Source: a virus
DNA: 64,000 nt
IMG/VR virus record: IMGVR_UViG_3300025141_016306
Coordinates: 1 to 64,000 of that record
Direction: 5' to 3' (one strand)
This document shows, piece after piece, positions 58,635 to 64,000 of the stretch. The translations under genes and the position numbers were made by a program. Numbering within the stretch: position 1 is the stretch's first letter; every line of letters begins with the position of its first letter. Below the pieces are notes generated by a model, which worked only from the letters and a program-made list of their open reading frames with translations, did no database searches and was not told the origin of the DNA.

Positions 58635-59446
58635 ATCTCTTCTACTTTTTGCTTCGTTTGTTTATCAATCGCGCTGGCCTCTTCGCCTAAATCATCCATT
58701 TCTACCTGATATCTGTCAAAAATGTTCTCGTCGTCGATTCCCGCACCCGAATGCCAAAATTTTCTATGCGTGTTCACATTCAACAGAACAGGGCCATCAG
58801 AGAATGGATTTTTCAGGAAAGATGCCAACTCCAGCGGATCATCGCTGGTGTCAAAACCTTTCATTTTAAACCCCTTCGCCACGTCGGGCAATTCCCAATT
58901 GCGCCGCATCTTCTTTTCGGTTAAAATGGAAAGATTGTTATCCTCCACCACAAAGATCATTGGAAGATTTTTGGTGGAAGCCCAGCCTAGGGCGCCGAAC
59001 ACGTAGTCTTCTTCGGCAGATGCGTCTCCCAAATGCACAATAGTGGGGTGTTGGGTACTGTAACAATGGCCAACGGCGATTGGGGCTTGAGAGCCCATGA
59101 GGCCGTCATGACCAAATATATTTTTTTCTTTGGAGTGAATCGAAGCGGATCCGCCCATCCCGTAAGCGCAGCCTGTAGAGCGCCCAAGCAACTCGTCTAC
59201 AAGCGCTTCAGGCGGTGCGTCATAAGATAAATATGTCGAGTGGCCGCGGTGTTGAATAAAGATATTGGGGTTAATTTTTTTCTGGTGTAGCACCTGGGCT
59301 ATAGTCGCAGAAATATACTCTTGACCCGCAGAGAGGTAGATAGGAAACTTAAACATTTTACTCTGAATTCCGTTAAATACATATTGTTCAAAATTTCGAC
59401 ACAATGACGCCCTTTTGAAAACGTTTATTCTAAAATCCCTGCTCAT
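58607..59446 (-). CDS. ThDP-dependent enzyme, E1 alpha-like subunit
   Basis: YLSAGQE, HRGH, GMGGS, ThDP motif GDAS...EDN, HSG. Confidence 0.87.
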   Translation of the reverse strand: MSRDFRINVFKRASLCRNFEQYVFNGIQSKMFKFPIYLSAGQEYISATIAQVLHQKKINPNIFIQHRGHSTYLSYDAPPEALVDELLGRSTGCAYGMGGSASIHSKEKNIFGHDGLMGSQAPIAVGHCYSTQHPTIVHLGDASAEEDYVFGALGWASTKNLPMIFVVEDNNLSILTEKKMRRNWELPDVAKGFKMKGFDTSDDPLELASFLKNPFSDGPVLLNVNTHRKFWHSGAGIDDENIFDRYQVEMDDLGEEASAIDKQTKQKVEEIWQKQLETQ

Positions 59447-59955
59447 AGAATGCTCTCCCAGCAGTCAAAACTATTGCGATCTATTGCTTTGACGCCCCCT
59501 ATCGAGGCTGCTTCGGTCAAATCTTTTTCATTGTCATCGAAAAAAACGTATTCTCCGCAAACATCCGCAATTTCTTTTATATTATACAGCTTTAGGTCTG
59601 TTTTGTAAAGTAAAATCTTCTTATAATTGAAAAATTCGTATATTCCAAACCTCTTTAACAAGAGGACCGACGGTTGCTTTTCATACTCGACTTCGTATAT
59701 GCCACCGCGGGAAAGAAACCCAATGTTTTTACCCAAAGCCTGTAACTTTTCTAGAACAGGACGGATGCCGGCGTGTAGCGAACATGTGGAGAAAACATCA
59801 TCAATAATAGTATCCGACCATTCTCCCTCAATAGTATAAGGTAAGAGCATTTGTTTTGCCCATATGGGCTCCCCGGTTTTGGAATTTGTATCCCAGACGG
59901 TGCGATCTAAATCAAAAATAAAAGTATCATACCGCGCTGCTAGGTCCGCTATCAT
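59443..59955 (-). CDS. Magnesium-dependent phosphatase-1-like HAD phosphatase (subfamily IIIC)
   Basis: FDLDRTVW motif I, LSR, FFDDNEK; start moved to MIADL. Confidence 0.75.
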   Translation of the reverse strand: MIADLAARYDTFIFDLDRTVWDTNSKTGEPIWAKQMLLPYTIEGEWSDTIIDDVFSTCSLHAGIRPVLEKLQALGKNIGFLSRGGIYEVEYEKQPSVLLLKRFGIYEFFNYKKILLYKTDLKLYNIKEIADVCGEYVFFDDNEKDLTEAASIGGVKAIDRNSFDCWESIL

Positions 59956-60622
59956 TCTTTTTCTCCACAATCATGGTGACGGTGTCGGTGACCACGTCCT
60001 TAAACACAGTCATCAACTTCTTAAGAACTGCTCCGGACACAATGTCGCCCGGGCCAGCGACGGTTGTTGCGTAATCTGTGATGAGACCGCCCCTTAGAAA
60101 AGTAACATGTGTATCGTCGGGCAAATCGGCGAAATAAGAGGAGCTATCAACGCTCGTTAAATGAATATTGCAATTTGCAAAATCATAAGTCACGGTCTGT
60201 GATGGGGGCGGATCTTCAAGCCATAAGCAGTCGTCTTTTTTGGGCGCTTCGAAAGTGTTATCCTCATAAGGCTTTCCCTCGCGACCGTAAAAATCTTTGA
60301 AACGTACCAAATCATGTTTATCGACGGGTGTTTCGATCTCCATTACCCATGCGCCTGGTTGGCTCACCGCCTGAGTGGAGTGAAAAAGGCCTTTTCTAAT
60401 CATCATTTTCCCGCAAGTTTCGACAAAAAACTTATTACTGAGAAATGATATCTGCACATCCCCGTCAAGCACCATCAGTCCAGTGGTTTTGTTGGGGTGA
60501 CAGTGCATTGATGTCGCTTGCTTGTGGGCAATATATAAAAACCAAAGACCTACGTGTTCATTTTCGTAGGCCAGGTATTCATAGCCCCAGGGCTTCTTAA
60601 CTATGGTGTCTTCATAGCTCAT
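59927..60622 (-). CDS. Cupin-domain protein (mannose-6-P isomerase type II-like N-terminus) with C-terminal extension
   Basis: VKKPWGYE, TSMHCHPNK, FHST, DLVRFKDFYGR. Confidence 0.75.
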   Translation of the reverse strand: MSYEDTIVKKPWGYEYLAYENEHVGLWFLYIAHKQATSMHCHPNKTTGLMVLDGDVQISFLSNKFFVETCGKMMIRKGLFHSTQAVSQPGAWVMEIETPVDKHDLVRFKDFYGREGKPYEDNTFEAPKKDDCLWLEDPPPSQTVTYDFANCNIHLTSVDSSSYFADLPDDTHVTFLRGGLITDYATTVAGPGDIVSGAVLKKLMTVFKDVVTDTVTMIVEKKNDSGPSSAV

Positions 60623-61158
60623 TTCCCTCTTTTCTCTAAAACTTCATATCCAGTTCTCATCCACTCGCCCATAAAGTCATAATGAGGGGAGGAAACTATA
60701 TTGCTATCAACAACAACCGGGCCTCTATGATAAGTTGCCCCAGCGTTGTTGATGTCAGCTTCAATGGCATAATAACCCGACACTGTTTTGCCTCTAAGAA
60801 CATCTGCCGTAATCAATAATTGGGCGCCATTGCATAGAGAGAAAATAGTTTTGTCTAACGCATTCCACTCGCGTACAAATTCAACTACCCCCTCCTCTAA
60901 TCTTAATTTTTCCAAAGCCTTAACGCCTCCTGGGACTATCAATAGATCATATTGCAGGTACTTTTCTCTAGTCTCGGAATCATTAAAATCAGACGTCAAT
61001 ACGTCACCAACCATGTGACATCCTAAAATTCCATAGAATCTTCCCAACTGATTGGCTACAATTGTAACCTCAAAGTTGTTTTCCTTTAAGCTGTGATAAG
61101 GGTATATTAACTCGTGGTCTTGAAAACCGGCATGAGTAAGGATAAGTGCTTTTTTCAT
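60619..61158 (-). CDS. DJ-1/PfpI family protein (glyoxalase/deglycase/protease fold)
   Basis: GFQDHELIYP, YDLLIVPGG, nucleophile elbow LCNGAQLL, VVVDSNIVSS. Confidence 0.87.
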   Translation of the reverse strand: MKKALILTHAGFQDHELIYPYHSLKENNFEVTIVANQLGRFYGILGCHMVGDVLTSDFNDSETREKYLQYDLLIVPGGVKALEKLRLEEGVVEFVREWNALDKTIFSLCNGAQLLITADVLRGKTVSGYYAIEADINNAGATYHRGPVVVDSNIVSSPHYDFMGEWMRTGYEVLEKRGK

Positions 61159-61667
61159 ATTTTAATTCCTCTTTTGTCTCTGACCTGTAAGATTGGATTC
61201 TCAATAGGCCAATTAATTCTAAGTGTGGGGTTGTCCCACGATAACGTAAATTGTTCTGACACGTCCGGGTAATCGCCCGGATATGCCCATTTATAGTGAA
61301 AGACGGATTGTTCGCTTAAAACCACAAAGCCGTTGCCCACGCCGGGAGGTATTAAAACCTGTTTGCGAGTGCGATCATCTAATACAATCCAATCCCATTG
61401 TCGAAACGTGTCCGAGTTGGGCCGGTTGTCGGCAACGACGAAATAAAGCTCTCCATATAAGCAGGTTACCAATTTCCAGGACTTAAAATCCCCATGAATC
61501 CCCCGGAGAACGTTTTTCCGCGATGTCGATACTTTATCATGATTGAACTCTAAATTAAAATTGTTTGTGTCTTTGTGCCATAAAGTCCAAAGGTCGCCGC
61601 GGTAATCAGTATATATATCCGGGGTGTACACCTGTACATCTTTTATTTTTTCCAACTGATTTTCCAA
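61155..61667 (-). CDS. rmlC: NDP-4-keto-6-deoxyhexose 3,5-epimerase (RmlC family), copy 1
   Basis: DYRG, VLRGIHGD, KLVTCLYG, IPPGVGNGF. Confidence 0.85.
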   Translation of the reverse strand: MENQLEKIKDVQVYTPDIYTDYRGDLWTLWHKDTNNFNLEFNHDKVSTSRKNVLRGIHGDFKSWKLVTCLYGELYFVVADNRPNSDTFRQWDWIVLDDRTRKQVLIPPGVGNGFVVLSEQSVFHYKWAYPGDYPDVSEQFTLSWDNPTLRINWPIENPILQVRDKRGIKI

Positions 61668-62059
61668 TCTTTAAACTCTGCGGCCAAGCAATCAATTTTA
61701 TAATCCTTTCGGCCGCCAACTACCTCTTGTATGCGATTTTTAGCTGTGTTTCGGATCCCATTTAAACCATGGGTAAGTTCAAGATCGTTGCCGTCCTTGA
61801 TTCCTTTCCGATAGTTGGATTCGTTGTGCCATATATGCAGATTCATTTGCGATAATACAACCACAGCCCGTAACACTTCTGCGTTCAGTATAGCATCTTT
61901 ACTGGTTAAAATTAAATTGATATCGTGCAGAATAGCGGCTATCTCTTCCGCATATTCTTCTTTGTGTTCCGGTATGAAAACTTCTTTAAGTTGGGCTATG
62001 GAGAGTCTGTCAATTAACTCTGATAAGGTGGGAAGGTACTTTCTTTCTGCGCTGCTCAT
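61643..62059 (-). CDS. Hypothetical helical protein (DUF6165/DUF4254-like)
   Basis: ELIDRLSI..LK...NL.IW..E...N..R...K..I pattern, which I recall from small proteins found next to glycosyltransferases. Confidence 0.55.
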   Translation of the reverse strand: MSSAERKYLPTLSELIDRLSIAQLKEVFIPEHKEEYAEEIAAILHDINLILTSKDAILNAEVLRAVVVLSQMNLHIWHNESNYRKGIKDGNDLELTHGLNGIRNTAKNRIQEVVGGRKDYKIDCLAAEFKDWKISWKK

Positions 62060-62077
62060 TTCTTGCCTCTTATTTGG

Positions 62078-62863
62078 TTACTTGGAACAAAGCAGCACAT
62101 AATTTTTTATTTCATTGGTGGGAGGGTTCTCCTCCTCCAGGACCACATTGGAAAATATTTTATTTAACTCGTCGATCATCCACTGCTGTTTGTTCTCGTC
62201 TCTAAAGTTTATCAAAAAATAGCCATAATTGCAAGTTTTAATTACATTATCGATATAAAATTTTATTCCTTTGCGATCCAACTCAGACAAGCACCAGTTA
62301 GAAACAACAAGATCGTATTCTTTAAGCTCGATGGACTCGGTATCATGGAGAGATACATTGGGATGCTTGTACAGGCTTAAATATTTTTTAGCCAACCCCA
62401 AGGTTTGCGCGCGATCAATCAAGTCCATGGATTTAACCCCATATTTCAAAATAATATTGGCTTGGCCGCCATATCCACTCCCAATCTCGCAAACGCTTTT
62501 GCCGTGAGGGTCGACCAATCGAGTCTTGATGTCCTGAAGAACCGACAAGAAGCATAAAGTGCCGGGACTAATCATTCCAGTTTTTTCATAGTGATAAAAC
62601 AATGGGTTGCCGACGGCGTCATTGTTTTTATATTTGTCGATGCTCTCCATTAGTTCTGTGTCTTTAAGGAAATTGTACCATACATCCGCGATATTCTTGT
62701 GCCGGATATCATTCCCAATAACTTTGCAAAAAATATTATTTCTTTTGAAATTCAAAAGCTTTTGTTTATCATGGCAAATATTAACACATTCTTGCAAGAA
62801 TGCATCCTCCAGGTTAGCTACGATCCCGGCATGCCACTCGCCGTCAAATTTTAATTGTGTCAT
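62078..62863 (-). CDS. Putative sugar O-methyltransferase (SAM-dependent)
   Basis: VGNP, EIGSGYGGQ SAM-binding motif, YDLVVSNWCLSEL. Confidence 0.82.
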   Translation of the reverse strand: MTQLKFDGEWHAGIVANLEDAFLQECVNICHDKQKLLNFKRNNIFCKVIGNDIRHKNIADVWYNFLKDTELMESIDKYKNNDAVGNPLFYHYEKTGMISPGTLCFLSVLQDIKTRLVDPHGKSVCEIGSGYGGQANIILKYGVKSMDLIDRAQTLGLAKKYLSLYKHPNVSLHDTESIELKEYDLVVSNWCLSELDRKGIKFYIDNVIKTCNYGYFLINFRDENKQQWMIDELNKIFSNVVLEEENPPTNEIKNYVLLCSK

Positions 62864-64000
62864 TTTACTCCCCTTGCTTGTGGATTTAATTTGTCAAAAT
62901 CAACAACCTTGTGAATCAAATCAGCTAGTTGGTCATCGGCTCTCCAATAATTCTTGGCGAGTTCAAAGTTCTTCTTCACTGATTCTAGACGCGAATAATA
63001 ATCTTCTTCAGTCAAATTCGATAAGATTTCATCCAACTCTTCATAAGTGTCAAAAAAGATAACCCCGTTTTCATCAAAATATTTACCAACTTCACGAGTT
63101 CCCCAAAAAATAGGGATGGTGCCTGTAATTAAAGGATCGATAAAGTCCGTGAAAAAAGTATCCAATTGGCAATTCTGGATTATAATGCTAAACATGTGAT
63201 CTTTTAGGGCCAATATCTTGCCGTGCTGTGGAAAGCGTTTAAACCCGCCGCCCCATAGCTCAATATTGTGCTTTTCAGCCAACTCATCTGCCACGCGATG
63301 TCTTAAAATGTGGCCAGGAGCCCATTTTTTCTCGCTCGCAACCATTGAAACGAGCTTGCTTTTTTCATGGACTCCCCAGTCATCATGGTGTACGCGTAAA
63401 AAACAAAACGGGAAGAGATGGCATTTTTCATATTTGTCCGCGAGTTCTTGGCTGAAAGAGAATAAATAATCTAGTTCTGGTAGCACTTCGGGCACTGCGT
63501 CAAAAGCCCATTGATGGACAACGGGAGGCTCCATAATCCAGCCTATCTTGATGGGGGAATTAACCGCTTTAATAACCCCGGGCCTCAAGAATCGATCCGT
63601 AAAAATAGTAATGCCTGAATATTCGTGAAAGTATCTCTTGCCCTCGACATAGCGCAATTTTTTGCCGCGTGGTGCTTTTTCGCCTTGTGTCGTTATATAG
63701 CCGAAATCCGGATGATCCTGGGTGTGGATAAAGTTGTTGTCAAAAAGATTAACAGTCAGCAACGGTGATTCGGGATCGTCGTATATACAATTATATTCCT
63801 CAAAATGTGTAGGGGAGGTAGGGTGAAAATCTAGAAAGGAGGGGTGAAATTCATAACCCTCTTTTTCAAAAAACCTCGGGGGATTGTTCGCATGTTGACC
63901 CCAAATTAAATCTCTCTCCTCAAGGAACCCTTCTTTTACAAGCTCCTTGATCGTTTCCGGTTGCAGTCCCAATACATTATATTTGTCGGGGTTAAAGCGC
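62860..64000 (-). CDS. GT10 (fucosyltransferase-like) glycosyltransferase, N-terminally truncated by the window edge, probably multidomain
   Basis: EPP, KSKLVSMVAS.K...GH..R, LKDHMFSIII.N...TGTIPIFWG. The frame stays open from 63972 to 64000 (RFNPDKYNVLGLQ), so the true start lies outside the window. Confidence 0.8.
   Translation of the reverse strand, partial: RFNPDKYNVLGLQPETIKELVKEGFLEERDLIWGQHANNPPRFFEKEGYEFHPSFLDFHPTSPTHFEEYNCIYDDPESPLLTVNLFDNNFIHTQDHPDFGYITTQGEKAPRGKKLRYVEGKRYFHEYSGITIFTDRFLRPGVIKAVNSPIKIGWIMEPPVVHQWAFDAVPEVLPELDYLFSFSQELADKYEKCHLFPFCFLRVHHDDWGVHEKSKLVSMVASEKKWAPGHILRHRVADELAEKHNIELWGGGFKRFPQHGKILALKDHMFSIIIQNCQLDTFFTDFIDPLITGTIPIFWGTREVGKYFDENGVIFFDTYEELDEILSNLTEEDYYSRLESVKKNFELAKNYWRADDQLADLIHKVVDFDKLNPQARGVK

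Noticed and set aside
57723-59446. Pyruvate dehydrogenase as an auxiliary central-metabolism gene
   Set aside because: No E2/E3 in the window, divergent subunits, and the context is entirely NDP-sugar enzymes.
678-63469. Numerous plus-strand and nested minus-strand ORFs of 60-170 aa in the ORF track
   Set aside because: All lie within or overlap longer, motif-bearing minus-strand genes that tile the window almost without gaps; no recognisable motifs. Treated as shadow ORFs.
47686-64000. Sugar cluster as a bacterial O-antigen locus (host chromosome flanking a prophage, or a chimeric contig)
   Set aside because: It is co-oriented and overlaps or abuts phage-type genes without a break, and no integrase, att site, Wzx/Wzy or housekeeping gene is visible. 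Modification of the host surface remains a possible function.
49505-64000. Cluster as a DNA hypermodification (glycosylated base) system
   Set aside because: No hydroxymethylase, thymidylate synthase homolog, TET/JBP or DNA glycosyltransferase recognised here. Not excluded from this window alone, but unsupported.
1-64000. Stop-codon reassignment as seen in some large phages
   Set aside because: The standard code gives intact ORFs up to 9.7 kb, and TAA, TAG and TGA all end genes at sensible boundaries.
1-64000. tRNAs, CRISPR arrays, introns/inteins, DGR or retron elements
   Set aside because: Intergenic gaps are at most about 80 bp; no cloverleaf, repeat-spacer array, reverse transcriptase, homing endonuclease or intein motif was seen.

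Overview
This window is a 64-kb segment of a large, probably lytic myovirus-type bacteriophage. Genes are tightly packed, all on the minus strand, in the standard genetic code, with Shine-Dalgarno-led starts. In transcription order (high to low coordinates) it holds five blocks. (1) About 16 kb of nucleotide-sugar and glycosylation genes (47.7-64 kb): GT10-like and GT-A glycosyltransferases, Gmd, a ColD-type 3-dehydratase, ThDP E1alpha/beta, two RmlC, three SDRs, a B12 radical SAM, a 2OG-Fe dioxygenase, an O-methyltransferase, HldE-like heptose kinase and adenylyltransferase, cupins and HAD phosphatases. (2) A gp55-like late sigma factor. (3) A contractile-tail baseplate module in P2 V-W-J-I-H / T4 gp5-gp25-gp6-gp7 order, including two proteins of about 3,200 aa. 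(4) A RuvC-like resolvase, a primase and a single-chain Mre11-Rad50 (gp47-gp46) fusion. (5) Small membrane, lysis-like and probable head genes. The most striking unexplained signal is a [S/T]-[G/A/S]-S tripeptide strongly enriched in a subset of virion proteins (about 50 copies in one giant protein versus about 5 in the neighbouring one of equal size). Together with the adjacent sugar cluster, this suggests a phage-encoded, sequon-directed virion O-glycosylation system using heptose and/or a C4-branched 3,6-dideoxy sugar. All assignments come from motif recognition by eye; no searches were run and all counts are manual and approximate.
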